Shown: positions 43,575-55,119, counted from the first letter of the stretch. The stretch is 64,000 nt of DNA from an uncultured Chloroflexia bacterium (GCA_963751635.1 CAVVVE010000002.1:278026-342025), one strand, 5' to 3'. Program-made: numbers and translations. The notes: a model not told the origin generated them from the letters alone.

Positions 43575-45944
43575 ATGAAGAAAAGCAGGCTTTCCAATTT
43601 TATCGAGAAGCTTTTAACCAGGAATGGCAGGCGTTATCCATTCATCATCCTGATCGCCATGCAAACGGTCAATGCCATTTTAATGGTGCTGCTGACCATA
43701 ATGCCTGCGCAAGAAAACGCGGAATTCACCCAATTTCAGGGTTCGCGCCTGCTGTTATTCCTGAGCGCAGCCCTGATCCTCAGAAATATCATCCAGCTGG
43801 TGCTGTTTTCAAGTTTTAATAAGGAAATGCTCGCCTGCCTGTCACCCGGAACGACCAAACCAGGCGCAAAAGACAAGCATCTGGCCTGGCGGCAGGCAAC
43901 CTCCGCCAGCAGCCGCCATTTATTATTTGAAATCGCAGCGCTCTTCCTGATCGTATCAATTCCGACGATGGTCTACGGATTCAGCCGGCCTGCAACTCAG
44001 CATTGAGCAGCTCCTTTATCTCGGCCTGGCAATCCTGTCTGCCGGCCTGGCGACTTTCATCCTGGAAAATCTTCTGCTGGACCGATTTTTTGAGCCGATC
44101 CTGCAGGCATTACTTCCAAAACAGTTCAAGGTTCAATTATCCGATATGAAAGGCATGCGGCTGAGGGTCAAATTGACGCTGGCTCTGATCGGGCTGGTCG
44201 CAATCGCTTTGCTATTGTCCATCCCCAGCGCATATCATCAAATCAGGCTGATCTCACTGGAAACCGTCCAGTCTTCCCAATTTGAGAGAAATGCGCTGCT
44301 GAGGTTGATCAATGCAGGCATGGGCGCGCTGGTTGTGGGCATTTTCCTTTCCGTCCTGCTGGCCCATTATTTGTCCAACCAGTTCCGGAAAATGATCAGC
44401 ATGGTCAGCGACGTTGAAGCAGGAGACCTGAATCGCCGTATCTCAATCTCTTCTCCGGATGAATTCGGCACTTTAAATCTTTACCTGAACCATATGATCG
44501 AACGCCTGCAGAGGCTGAATTCCAACCTGGAAAGCCAGGTGGCAGAACGCACAGCCAACCTCAACCAGGCAAACGGACAACTGCAAACCGAACTGGCCGA
44601 ACGCAAGCGCATGGAAGCGCAACTGGTGCATTCCGCGCTGCACGATCCGCTTAACAGACCTGCCGAACCGCGCATTATTAATGGACCGCCTGAGCCACGC
44701 CATCAAACGCGCAAAAAGGAATAAGAATTATGCCTTTGCCGTGATCTTCATGGACCTGGACCGGTTTAAGGTCGTGAATGACAGCCTGGGGCACGCCATT
44801 GGAGACAAGCTGCTGATCGAATGCGGCAAACGCCTTGCAGCCAGCATCCGCGAAGGGGATACCGTCGCACGGCTGGGGGGCGACGAGTTTGTGGTTTTGA
44901 TCGAAGACGTCAAGGATCCAAGCGACTATATCCGGGTGGCCAGGCGGATTGAACAGAACCTGACCGCGCCGGCTGAAATTGAAGGCAAAAAAGTTTTTGT
45001 TTCGGTCAGCATGGGCATCGTCCTGAGCGATGAGCATTATCGCCAGCCGGAGGAGATCCTGCGGGATGCCGACATCGCCATGTACCGCAGCAAGGACCTG
45101 GGCCGGGGCCGGTTTGAAATCTTCAATCAAGGCATGCTGGAGTCGGTCATGTCGCGGCTGGAGCTTGAGACTGACCTGTGGAAAGCAGTTGAAAAACAAG
45201 AGTTCATTGTCCAGTATCAGCCCATCCTGGATACGATGACACAGAGAATCGCCGGATTTGAAGCCCTGGTGCGCTGGCAGCACCCCACACGCGGACTGAT
45301 CCCGCCTGCCAAATTCCTCCCGATCGCGGAAGAAGTTGGGCTGAGTCGTGCCAATCGGTTACAAGGTGCTCGAAGAAGCCTGCACCCAGATGCACGCCTG
45401 GCAGGAACAATTTCCATCTGATCCACAGATGACGATCAACGTTAATTTATCCAACAAACAGTGCAGCCAGCCCGACCTGGCCAAACGAATTGCCAGGATC
45501 CTGGAAAAGAGCGGACTGGACCCGCACTGCCTGAAGTTGGAAATGAGCGAGAGCCTGGTCGTGGAAGACTCGGATTGTACATCCGACAGGATTGCGCAAT
45601 TGCGCGAACTGGGCATTCAGGTGCATGTGGACGATTTCGGTACGGGATTTTCATCCCTTAATAACCTGCACGCGCTTGAAATTGATACACTCAAGATCGA
45701 CCGCACCTTCATCAGCCGGCTGGAAAGCAGCGACAGCGGCGCAGAAATTGTGCGGACCATCTTATCGGTGGCGCACAGCCTGGGGATCAAGGTAACCGCG
45801 GAAGGCGTGGAGACGGACGGCCAATTGGCGCTCCTGAGAAAAATGGACTGCGATTTCGCGCAGGGTTTCTTATTCGCCGAGCCGATGGGGAGTAGTGAAG
45901 CAAACGCCCTGCTGGAAAAGTCGCTCGTAGAAGCCAGGCATTGA
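43575..45944 (+). CDS. Membrane HAMP-GGDEF-EAL diguanylate cyclase/phosphodiesterase (about 3 indels)
   Basis: TM segments, HAMP (DEFGTL), HDPL, DLDRFK.VNDSLGH, RLGGDEF, EALVRW, DDFGTGFSSL, EGVE. Confidence 0.88.
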
Positions 45945-46011
45945 GCCATCACCTGAAAGCGTTTTTCATGGTGAGCAAAAACCAAAAAGCACTTAGCTTA
46001 AATGGAAATAC

Positions 46012-46818
46012 TCATCGCAGGAAGATGGCCGGGCCATCCTCATTGTTCGAACCGACCACATAATCTGCAATCGCTTTCACCTCATCAACCGCGTTGCCAA
46101 CAGCAACCCCGATGCCAGCATGCTCCATGATATCGAGGTCATTCATCTGATCGCCAAAGACCATGACTTCATGCATGGATACATGCAGCACATCAGCCAG
46201 GCGGACCAAACCGGTTTTTTTGGAGACGCCGAAAGGCAGGATCTCAATCGAATTAAGCGTTGGCGTACAAAAGTTCACGCGCCCATCAAATGTTACCTGT
46301 AAATCCGCTTTGAGGCGGTTGATCAGAGGGATATCCAGGCGGTTGACAAAGATGACTTTGCAAACCCGAGAAAGGTGCGCCTGGATGGCAGCCCAGGCGC
46401 CAATCGCTTCAACCCTCTCCTTATAGATTTCTTTCATTTGGTCGGTATTGAAGGTCTCATTTTTGGCAAAAATATGATCCGGCGTATAAAGCACAAGGTC
46501 AGCGCCGCAGTATTCGCTGGCAGTCTAAAAGTTCTCTGACCACATCTTCGGATAGAAATTCTGCGAAAACCATTTCACGGTTCGGCTGTTGGACAAGCCC
46601 CCATTTGACAGGATAACCGGCACTTTTATATTGAGCACCTTAACCAATTCCTCTACTGAAGGAAAGGTTTTCCCTGTGGCAAGACTGATACCCACACCCT
46701 TTTGCTGTATTTCATGAAGCACTGAGACGGTTTTAGGACTGATGTCTTTATTGTCATCGATCAGGGTGCCATCGACGTCAAAAACTATCAACTTAATTTG
46801 ATCGGCCGCGATTTTCAT
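46012..46818 (-). CDS. Cof-type HAD-IIB phosphatase (indels near 46520-46590)
   Basis: FDVDGTL, ATGK, SNG, SKKTG, FGDQMND, VGNA, NNEDG. Confidence 0.88.
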
Positions 46819-46866
46819 TAAGAAAAAGTTACACTTTCCTCAATCCAAAAGATTTTGCTATCGGGA

Positions 46867-47808
46867 TTATTGCTGATCTTGCATCTCGCTTTTGTAGGGC
46901 GGGTTGGCGCCTTCCCGGGTGCAGTTTATGGCCGCCGCTTTGCCTGCGAAGGTCAGGCAGGCTTTTAATTCATCCAGCGTTATTTGATCCAAGGCGGAGC
47001 GCCGGGAGAGCAGCCCGTGATCATACAGCCAGGCCAGGGCCGCGGAAAAAAAGGAATCACCCGCGCCGACCGTATCCTTGACCTGGACCTTTTGGGCCGG
47101 CACAAAAACCTCTGTTCCGTTGGCCGTATACCCGCTCACGCCTTCTGCTCCCCTGGTCAGGATCACCAGGCTTAACCCGCTGCCAAACCAGTGCGGGAGC
47201 AGGGCTTCAATTTCCTGATGCGGATATAAAAACTCCAGGTCTGCCACACTCAGGCGCAGAATATCGACCAATGAAATCCATTTTAAGAACCTTTGTTTAT
47301 ACGCTTCCTTATCAGGGATCAAGGCAGGGCGGACATTCGGATCCAGCGTCAGGATCCTGCGGCGGCTTTCCCTTTTCATCAAGGCTTCCAAAGCGGTTGC
47401 CCCCGGTTCAAGCACCAGGGAAATGGACCCAAAATGAAGCGCCGTAACTTCATCCCCAAACTGCGCCGGCAGGTCGTTAATCGTCAGGCTGCGGTCAACC
47501 GCCCCATTGGCATAGAACGCAAACTGGGGTTCCTGCGCGGCTTCTTTGGGCAAACTGACAAAGGCCAGGGTGGTCTGCCCATCAACGCGGGGACAATATT
47601 CAAGCCCGACATTATTTTTCTCCAGATACTCAGCCAGCAGATCGCCGAACATGTCGGTTGACAGGCGGGACAAAAATCTGACTGGCACCTGCAAACGCCC
47701 CAAACCAACCGCAATATTCAAAATTGAACCACCCGGGCAGGGGCGGTGGGAAAGCCCATCCGGCATGGCAATAAAATCAATCAGCGCTTCACCGCAGCAA
47801 ATAATCAT
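46867..47808 (-). CDS. PfkB carbohydrate kinase (fructokinase-like)
   Basis: GEALIDF, PGGS..N.AVGLGRL, DPNVRP, TRGAEG, DTVGAGDSF. Confidence 0.9.
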   Translation of the reverse strand: MIICCGEALIDFIAMPDGLSHRPCPGGSILNIAVGLGRLQVPVRFLSRLSTDMFGDLLAEYLEKNNVGLEYCPRVDGQTTLAFVSLPKEAAQEPQFAFYANGAVDRSLTINDLPAQFGDEVTALHFGSISLVLEPGATALEALMKRESRRRILTLDPNVRPALIPDKEAYKQRFLKWISLVDILRLSVADLEFLYPHQEIEALLPHWFGSGLSLVILTRGAEGVSGYTANGTEVFVPAQKVQVKDTVGAGDSFFSAALAWLYDHGLLSRRSALDQITLDELKACLTFAGKAAAINCTREGANPPYKSEMQDQQ

Positions 47809-47894
47809 CCGTTTCGTTCTCCTTCAGATTCAATTGAATAACTGCCAGGATATTCTATCAATCAACTTCACATATTGCGCTATGAATAAATGAA

Positions 47895-47921
47895 AGGCTG
47901 CCCATCAATTATGGACAGCCT
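47895..47921 (-). terminator. Probable hairpin/terminator after the SBP gene
   Basis: AGGCTGCCCA-TCAATTA-TGGACAGCCT (G-U pair on the - strand), followed by TTCATTTATT. Confidence 0.55.
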
Positions 47922-47963
47922 CTCGGAAATTATATTTGATCTATGCGATCAATATCACGGTTA

Positions 47964-48995
47964 TTATTTGTAGAGCAGTGCAGCGATGACCGGATCGTCA
48001 ATATTGGTCTTGTCGAACCAGTGGAAGCCGGTGTCGATGAATTTGGGCAGGGTTTCGCCATTGACTGCTTTCACTGCAGCTTCGACGCATTTGTAACCGA
48101 TGCCGATGGGATCCTGCGTGATCGCGCCGGATTCAAGGCCGGACATGATGGCATCCAGCTGCTGTTGGCCGGAATCGTAGCCGATGACCACAAGCTTGCC
48201 TTCCATGCCCAGTTCGGTGGTCGCATTGATGACGCCGATGATGGAGCCTTCGTTGGCGCCAAAGAAGCCCTTGATATTCGGGTGGGCTTGAATGATCGCT
48301 TTGGCAAGGTCGGTGGATTTCAGGTGATCGCCACTGCCATATTGGGTATCAACAATGGTGACATCAGGATACTTTTCTGTAATTCTGTCAGTAAAGCCCT
48401 TGACGCGGTCAATACCGGTGCGGCTGGTCTGGTCATGCGCAATAATCGCAACTTCACCGGAACCACCAATCAGTTCGACCATCTTGTCAGCGGCTAACGC
48501 TGCTGCAGCAACATTGTCGGTAGCGGCAGTGCTCAACGGGATATCGCTATCAACGCCAGAGTCAAAACCAATTACAGGAATGCCCTTGGCTTTGGCTTGC
48601 TCGAGCAGCGGGATGGCAGCTTTGGAATCAACAGCAGCAAAGCAGATCGCAGCTGGATTCTTGTCAATTGCAGCCTGGAGCATATCCATCTGTTTGTCAA
48701 CCATGGCTTCAGTCTCAGGTCCTTCGAAGGTGATGGTCACATCGTAATCAACAGCGGCCTTCTCGGCGCCGGCTTTGACTGCGAGCCAGAATTGATGCTG
48801 GAAACCCTTTGAAATAACAGGGATGTAGAGTTTTTCAGCGGGCGCAGCTTCTTCAGCGGGTGCAGCTTCCTCAGCCGGCGCAGCTTCTTCAGCAGCTGGT
48901 GCTGCGGCAGGTGCCGCCGCAGGTGCGCAGGCGGCCAATAAAGCGCTGATAATCAGCAGGCCAAAGATGGTAATCAATAGTTTCCTGGTTTTCAT
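47964..48995 (-). CDS. Sugar ABC transporter substrate-binding lipoprotein (RbsB class)
   Basis: Lipobox LAAC, (AAPAEE)n linker, SKGFQHQFW, VIGFDSG, TDN, VIGYD, TQDP. Confidence 0.92.
   Translation of the reverse strand: MKTRKLLITIFGLLIISALLAACAPAAAPAAAPAAEEAAPAEEAAPAEEAAPAEKLYIPVISKGFQHQFWLAVKAGAEKAAVDYDVTITFEGPETEAMVDKQMDMLQAAIDKNPAAICFAAVDSKAAIPLLEQAKAKGIPVIGFDSGVDSDIPLSTAATDNVAAAALAADKMVELIGGSGEVAIIAHDQTSRTGIDRVKGFTDRITEKYPDVTIVDTQYGSGDHLKSTDLAKAIIQAHPNIKGFFGANEGSIIGVINATTELGMEGKLVVIGYDSGQQQLDAIMSGLESGAITQDPIGIGYKCVEAAVKAVNGETLPKFIDTGFHWFDKTNIDDPVIAALLYK
48836..48925 (-). repeat. 18-bp imperfect coding repeat (AAPAEE) in the SBP linker
   Basis: APAAAPAAAPAAEEAAPAEEAAPAEEAAPAE. Confidence 0.8.
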
Positions 48996-49152
48996 TAATT
49001 TTCTCCTCTAAATTTGTTTATTTGTAAATCTGAACTATCTTTTTCTAATCTGCATAAAGTATTATCTTCCCGGCATAAACCTCCTCTCAAAATCTGTGTT
49101 AATTCTTTCGATCGGTCAGGTGCATTAAGTATTTATGCTCCCTGCAAATAGA

Positions 49153-50142
49153 TTATTTCTTCCCGCGGCGGAGTATATCGAGATAGACCGCTGAAATGAT
49201 GATCAAACCTGTCACCACGATCTGCCATTCCTGCGGAACGGACATGATGCGCAATCCGTTCGTAAGCGTGCTGATGATAAACGCGCCAATGATCGTCCCC
49301 AGGATCGTGCCTTCACCGCCGCTCATGGACGTGCCGCCAATTACTGCTGCCGCAATCGCATCCAACTCATATCCAACGCCCAGCGCCGGCTGGGCGGAAT
49401 TGAGGCGGGCTGCGATAACAACTCCCGCGACACCAACAAAAAGCCCGCCAATGGTGTAGACCATCGTTTTCCAGATGACAATATTGACACCGGACAAGCG
49501 GACTGCCTCTTCATTGCTGCCGATGGCAAAACAATAACGGCCAATGATCGTTTTTGACAGGATCAGGCCGGCAACTACGGCGGAAGCAAACATGATAACC
49601 ACGCCGTTGGGAATCGCAAAGCCAGGGATAATCGAACCCAGGACAGAGCCCATGGCGATATCGTTAAAATTCTTGTCAAGGGCAAAATAGATGGGCTGCA
49701 GGTCCGAGATCACCAGCGATAAACCCCGCGCAACATTCAACATGCCAAGCGTGGCAATGAAGGGCGGGAGCTTCATTTTTGAAATCATCAAACCATTAAA
49801 AAAGCCAGCCAGACCGCCAGTCAGAATCCCAGCCAGAATCCCCAAGGGGACGGGTAAACCCCAATAGGTAACAAAGACGCCGCAAATAATCGCTGAAAGC
49901 GTCATCACCGTGCCCACCGACAAATCAATACCGCCGCTGATGATAACGAAAGTGACACCCAGCGCAAGCAGACCGTTAACGGCTGTTGAAATGAGGATGC
50001 CAACGACGTTGTTAAAAGTGAAGAAATAAGGGGACGCAAAAGAGAAACCCACAAAAATGATGATCAAGGCGCCGAAGGCCATTAATCTTTGAAAGGTATC
50101 TGCACTTTTTCTTTTTTCTGTTGTAATGATCCCTGTTTTCAT
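49153..50142 (-). CDS. Sugar ABC transporter permease (RbsC class)
   Basis: GGIDLSVG, PPFIATLG, AIGSNEEAVRLSGV, YELDAIAAAVIGGTS. Confidence 0.93.
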   Translation of the reverse strand: MKTGIITTEKRKSADTFQRLMAFGALIIIFVGFSFASPYFFTFNNVVGILISTAVNGLLALGVTFVIISGGIDLSVGTVMTLSAIICGVFVTYWGLPVPLGILAGILTGGLAGFFNGLMISKMKLPPFIATLGMLNVARGLSLVISDLQPIYFALDKNFNDIAMGSVLGSIIPGFAIPNGVVIMFASAVVAGLILSKTIIGRYCFAIGSNEEAVRLSGVNIVIWKTMVYTIGGLFVGVAGVVIAARLNSAQPALGVGYELDAIAAAVIGGTSMSGGEGTILGTIIGAFIISTLTNGLRIMSVPQEWQIVVTGLIIISAVYLDILRRGKK

Positions 50143-50180
50143 AAAAGATTTCACCCTCTCCAAGAAGTTTTTACAAAATT

Positions 50181-51683
50181 TCAACCACTGCGCTGTGTTG
50201 CCAATTGCATGATCCGCTCTTGCGTAATTTCTTTATTATCCAATTCGCCTGTAACCCGGCCCTCACACATCACCACAACCCGATGACTCATGCGCAGAAT
50301 TTCAGGAAGTTCAGAGGAAATCATGATGATCGACTTTCCCTGCTGGGCTAATTCATTCAAAAGCGAGTAAATCTCCTGTTTGGCCCCAACGTCAATGCCG
50401 CGGGTGGGTTCATCAAATATCAATATATTCGTATCTTTGGCAAGCCACTTGCCAACGACCAGTTTCTGCTGGTTTCCTCCGGAAAGGTTTTTGACCTTTT
50501 GGGTCAGGCTGGGAGTTCTGATTGAAAGTTTGTCAACAATATCTTTGGCAATTGTGTGAATTTTTGAATTTTTTACCCATCCCAACAAACCCGTCAATTT
50601 ATTAAGAATCGTGAGCGCAATATTGGTTTCAACGTCCAAACCCAGGCATAACCCATAGCGCTTGCGGTCTTCAGACAGGTAGCCAAGATCGTGGGCAACC
50701 GCATCACTCGGGCCTTTAATATGGACCTGCCTGCCTTTAATAATAATTTCACCCGATTCAAATGTATCCGCCCCAAAAATGGCACGCGCCGCTTCTGTGC
50801 GCCCGGCGCCCACCAATCCGGCAAAACCCAGAACTTCGCCTTTTTTCAGGTTAAAACTAACATTTTTTAATTCTTTGCCGCGGTTCAGGTTCTTTACTTC
50901 AAGCACAATCTCATCGCTTGGATGTTCGGGGATTTCAGGCGAGGATTCATAGATCACCCGCCCGACCATTAATTTAATAATCTGGTCAATGGTCGCTTTT
51001 TGGGTAGAGACCGTATCCACATATAAACCATCACGCAGAACGGTAACCCGGTCGGAAATTTCTTTAAGTTCTTCCAGCCGGTGCGTAATATAAATTATTC
51101 CGACGCCCTTTTCGCAAAGTTGGCGGATGATGCGGAAGAGTTCAGTGATCTCTACATCGGTCAGCGCCGCTGAAGGTTCATCGAGGATGAGCACATTGGA
51201 GTTAAATGAAAGCGCTTTGGCAATTTCAACCATTTGCTGCTTGGCAACGCTCATATCCGCCACCTTGGTGCGCGGATTCACATTCAGGTGCATCATGTCA
51301 AACAGCGCCTGGGCTTTCTCGGTTAAGGCATTCTCATCCAGAAAGAAGCCAAATCCCCGTTTTGGTTCGCGTCCGATAAAGATATTCTGGGCAGCCGTAA
51401 GATGCGGCATCAGATTGAGTTCCTGGTGAACCATGCTGATACCCATTTGCTGGGCAGCATGGGGGGTGGCAATCTCAACTTCATTACCTTTATAAATGAT
51501 ACGGCCGCCATCTTTTGAATAAATGCCGGCGAATATTTTCATCAAAGTGGTCTTGCCCGCGCCATTTTCCCCCACCAGGGCATGCACTTCTCCTGCCTTT
51601 AAGTCAAACCTGCACTTCTTGAGTGCATCCACTCCAGGAAAGGATTTATCAATTTCTTCCATGCAGAGCAAGACTTCATCCAT
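50181..51683 (-). CDS. Sugar ABC transporter ATP-binding protein (RbsA class)
   Basis: GENGAGKT, LDEPS, GLVGAGRTE, LSGGNQQK, DEPTRGIDVGAK. Confidence 0.95.
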   Translation of the reverse strand: MDEVLLCMEEIDKSFPGVDALKKCRFDLKAGEVHALVGENGAGKTTLMKIFAGIYSKDGGRIIYKGNEVEIATPHAAQQMGISMVHQELNLMPHLTAAQNIFIGREPKRGFGFFLDENALTEKAQALFDMMHLNVNPRTKVADMSVAKQQMVEIAKALSFNSNVLILDEPSAALTDVEITELFRIIRQLCEKGVGIIYITHRLEELKEISDRVTVLRDGLYVDTVSTQKATIDQIIKLMVGRVIYESSPEIPEHPSDEIVLEVKNLNRGKELKNVSFNLKKGEVLGFAGLVGAGRTEAARAIFGADTFESGEIIIKGRQVHIKGPSDAVAHDLGYLSEDRKRYGLCLGLDVETNIALTILNKLTGLLGWVKNSKIHTIAKDIVDKLSIRTPSLTQKVKNLSGGNQQKLVVGKWLAKDTNILIFDEPTRGIDVGAKQEIYSLLNELAQQGKSIIMISSELPEILRMSHRVVVMCEGRVTGELDNKEITQERIMQLATQRSG

Positions 51684-51741
51684 GAAACATCCTCACATCG
51701 CTGTTATTTTTCAATTAATCAAAACAATGGCAAGGAAATAA

Positions 51742-51797
51742 TGGTATCGGTAACATGATACCGTTACCATATTAGCATAATTAAAACCACTTGTCAA
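51742..51797 (-). promoter_or_regulatory. Sigma70-type promoter with two tandem LacI-type operators for the ABC operon
   Basis: On the - strand: TTGACA (51797-51792), 17 nt, TAATAT (51774-51769), then TGGTAACGGTATCA and TGTTACCGATACCA. Confidence 0.82.
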
Positions 51798-52036
51798 TAA
51801 CCTCTCTTATTTTTAAGAAATGGTCTGATAAATTTTGATGAGCGGTTTGAATGATCGAGCGCGATGCCCCTTTACGCCTTCGGTGCGATTTCTTAGTTTT
51901 ATTATAGCAATTATTAATTTCTAATTCGATACCAACGTAAATTGCCATTACTTCTGGTTGATTAGAAAATCGTTTTTATGTTTCTCCAAAATTTTTTAGC
52001 TGACGATAAAAAAACCACCAATTTGATGAATCACTA

Positions 52037-52078
52037 TTGACATTCATTTTTATTAATGCTAATATGGTATCGATACCA
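52037..52078 (+). promoter_or_regulatory. Sigma70-type promoter with palindromic LacI-type operator
   Basis: TTGACA (52037), 17 nt, TAATAT (52060); perfect palindrome TGGTATCGATACCA at 52065-52078. Confidence 0.85.
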
Positions 52079-52141
52079 CATATAAATGGTACATAAAGCA
52101 CCAGGAAAAATAATTTCATCGCACAAAAATAATACAAACTT

Positions 52142-53146
52142 ATGGCAACGATACATGATGTCGCAAAATTGGCAGGAGTCGCTCCCATCACCGTTTCACG
52201 GGTGATCAATAATTCAGGCTATATCAATGACAAAACCCGTGAAAAAGTGGAAGCAGCCATTGCGAAATTGGGTTATGTTCCCAATGTTCTTGCCCGGAGT
52301 TTGAAATCCAAAAGAACGAACACGCTTGCTCTTGTTGTGACGGATATTACCAATCCATTTTTTACCATCATTGCGAGAGGTGTTGAAGATACCGCCGGCA
52401 ATGCGGGATTTAATGTGATCTTCTGCAATACCGATGAAAACCAGGAGAAAGAAGATAATTACGTTCAAGTCATCCTGCAAAAACAAGTTGATGGCGTCTT
52501 GCTGGTGCCAGTCGGGAGCAATACCAAGTCCCTCCAGATCATCAGAGACCAGGGCACACCGCTTATCATCCTTGACCGCCGTCTTGAGACAAATGATGTT
52601 GATGTCGTACGCGGTGATTCCATTGGAGGGGCCAAACAGCTCACACAACACCTCATTGATCTGGGCCATCAACGCATTGCATTAATCACTGGACCTCATA
52701 ATGTTTCGACCGCCGAAGACCGTTTGATTGGATTTAAACAAACCATGGAGGCTAACGGCCTGAGAGATATTTATCAAAGCCATTATGGGGGATTTACACA
52801 GGCCAGCGGATACAGCCTGACAAAAGAAATTTTTAACAAGGATCCAAAACCCACTGCCATTTTTGCCGCGAACAACCTGATTGCGATCGGCGTGCTGCGG
52901 GCATTAAAGGAATTGGGTTTTCGAGTCCCTGAAGATGTTGCTTTGGTCAGTTTTGACGATATTCCAGAAAATTTGACCATGTTCCCATTCATGACGGCAG
53001 TATCCCAGCCGTCTTATGAAATGGGCAAAACTGCTACCGAATTATTAATTTCCAGAATTAAAAATGAATCTGCTCCCGGATTTCAGGAGATTGTATTTCC
53101 AGTGGAATTTATTAAGCGTGAATCAAGCGGGGGTCCACGAGGGTGA
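52142..53146 (+). CDS. LacI family transcriptional regulator
   Basis: TIHDVAKLAGVAPITVSRVIN HTH, YVPN..ARSL, NPFF, VPEDVALVSFDD. Confidence 0.95.
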   Translation: MATIHDVAKLAGVAPITVSRVINNSGYINDKTREKVEAAIAKLGYVPNVLARSLKSKRTNTLALVVTDITNPFFTIIARGVEDTAGNAGFNVIFCNTDENQEKEDNYVQVILQKQVDGVLLVPVGSNTKSLQIIRDQGTPLIILDRRLETNDVDVVRGDSIGGAKQLTQHLIDLGHQRIALITGPHNVSTAEDRLIGFKQTMEANGLRDIYQSHYGGFTQASGYSLTKEIFNKDPKPTAIFAANNLIAIGVLRALKELGFRVPEDVALVSFDDIPENLTMFPFMTAVSQPSYEMGKTATELLISRIKNESAPGFQEIVFPVEFIKRESSGGPRG

Positions 53147-53203
53147 AAAATCGCGCGTCAAATAGCAAAAAGAAATATTTACCAATCCAATTATTTAAGG
53201 AAG

Positions 53204-54266
53204 ATGAATAAAATGAAGGAAAACTTTATTGCAGCAACCTACCCAGGCCGGAAAAAAGATGACCTGATCCTGATCGCGGGCGCCGGCGGTTTTATCGGCG
53301 GCTCACTTACCCGATATTTCCACGACCAGGGATTCAGCCATATCCGCGCGGTTGACAAGAAACCGCTGCCCCTCTGGTACCAGAGAGTACCTGGTGTAGA
53401 AAGCCTTTGCCTCGACTTAAGTGAGCAGCTAAATTGCAGGCGTGCAATTGAAGGCGCTGTTGAGGTTTACAACCTCGCCGCAGATATGGGCGGCATGGGA
53501 TTCATTGAAAAATACCGCATCGAATGCCTGCGCAGCATCCTGATCAATACCAATCTGATCGAAGAAGCTCACCTGGCCGGCGTGGACCGATATTTCTTTT
53601 CATCATCGGCCTGCGCTTATAACACTGACCTGCAAAAAGATCCAAATGTGAGAGCGTTGAAAGAATCTGATGCTTACCCGGCCAATGCCGAGCGTGGATA
53701 CGGATGGGAAAAGCTGATGTCCGAGATTTTTTGCCAGGAATATGCCGCAGAGCGGAACATGAAAACTTTCATTGCGCGCTTTCATAATGTCTACGGCCCC
53801 AACGGTACCTGGGACGGCGGCCGTGAAAAAGCGCCAGCGGCATTAACCCGAAAAGTCATCGAAGCGCAAGAAAACGGCGATTTGAATATCACCATCTGGG
53901 GAGATGGCAACCAGACCCGCAGTTTCATGTTTATTGAAGACTGTGTCAAAGGTGTGGATATGATCATGCACTGTGATGAACTGATCGCCACACCCATTAA
54001 CCTGGGGACAAGCGAGTTGGTTTCAATCAACGACCTGGTCGGCAAGATCGAAAGCCATTGCCAAAGTGAAATTAACCCGCCACTATGACCTGAAAGCACC
54101 CATAGGCGTGGCCGGGCGCAACAGCGACAACAGCTTTATTCTGAAAGTGCTCGGATGGGAACCCAATACCCCGCTTCAAGCCGGGCTTGAAAAGACTTAT
54201 GCCTGGATCAAGCAGCAATATTTGGATCGAAAAGCCGGCAAGCCTACGCCTGCAGGAGAGTATTAA
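53204..54266 (+). CDS. GDP-mannose 3,5-epimerase-like extended SDR (frameshift near 54055)
   Basis: GAGGFIG, NLAADMGGMGFI, SSAC, YGWEK, RFHNVYGP, GGREKAPAA, WGDG.QTRSF, GRNSDN: the motif set characteristic of GME. Confidence 0.85.
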
Positions 54267-54285
54267 AAGCATTAATAGAGTTGGG

Positions 54286-55119
54286 ATGAATCAATTGACT
54301 AAACAGAAGGAAAATAAAGATCTGCTTTCAGTGATCGGGGCCATGCCTTACAGGATGGCCTTTGCCGGAGGATGGCTGGATCAACCTTTCATTTCCACCC
54401 GCAATCCTTCTCCACCAGGATCGATGGTGGTAGTATCGCTTGAACCCACCTTCCCATTCATGCCCAAGTGCGGCATGGGGACAAGCACCCGGCAAGTTGC
54501 CATGGAAATCTGGGGAACGGCTTTACCAGATAAGGACCCGCAATTTTTGATGCGCGAGCTCTATCATGCGGAAAACATCAATAGAAGCGATCCATCCGGC
54601 TCGCAAGATATGGCAGGGATCGTTTTTTCAGGCGTCAACCGGCTGGATTATGATGTGAATTTTGAGGGCGGTTACTTTCCTGCCCATGTTGAATCCAACA
54701 ACGATCCCAATGTCGCCCGCTGGCTGGAGAGCATCATTTACTGCCTGCCCATCACACAACGGTCAAATGGGTATTCGCCGCTGGGGGAGAAAAATTTGGA
54801 CCCAGCCTGGATTAAAAGGTTAAGCCAATCGGGCAAAGACTGCTATCAGGCGATCCTTGATCAAAATGCTGAAAAGCTGGGCGCTTCCATGAACGAAACC
54901 ATGCGCTGCTGGGAAGTCATTCTGCCGCATACCGTCCGGCATCCAACAATATCAATCGACCTGCTGGATATTTTGACATACTATCAGACGCGCTATTATG
55001 GCGCAATGTATTCCGGCTGCGGCGGCGGATATTTATATATCGTATCGGACGAACCTGTACCCGGGGGATTCAAGGTCAATGTCAGGGTATCAAGGGATGA
55101 AAACCAGCCTCATGGATAG
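54286..55119 (+). CDS. Compact GHMP-family sugar kinase-like protein
   Basis: PYRMAFAGGWLDQP (compare fucokinase/HddA N-terminal motif), CGMGTST, SGSQD, GAMYSGCGGGY. Confidence 0.7.
   Translation: MNQLTKQKENKDLLSVIGAMPYRMAFAGGWLDQPFISTRNPSPPGSMVVVSLEPTFPFMPKCGMGTSTRQVAMEIWGTALPDKDPQFLMRELYHAENINRSDPSGSQDMAGIVFSGVNRLDYDVNFEGGYFPAHVESNNDPNVARWLESIIYCLPITQRSNGYSPLGEKNLDPAWIKRLSQSGKDCYQAILDQNAEKLGASMNETMRCWEVILPHTVRHPTISIDLLDILTYYQTRYYGAMYSGCGGGYLYIVSDEPVPGGFKVNVRVSRDENQPHG

Noticed and set aside
48836-48925. AAPAEE repeat as a contingency or phase-variable locus
   Set aside because: In-frame and degenerate at third codon positions; an ordinary lipoprotein tether.
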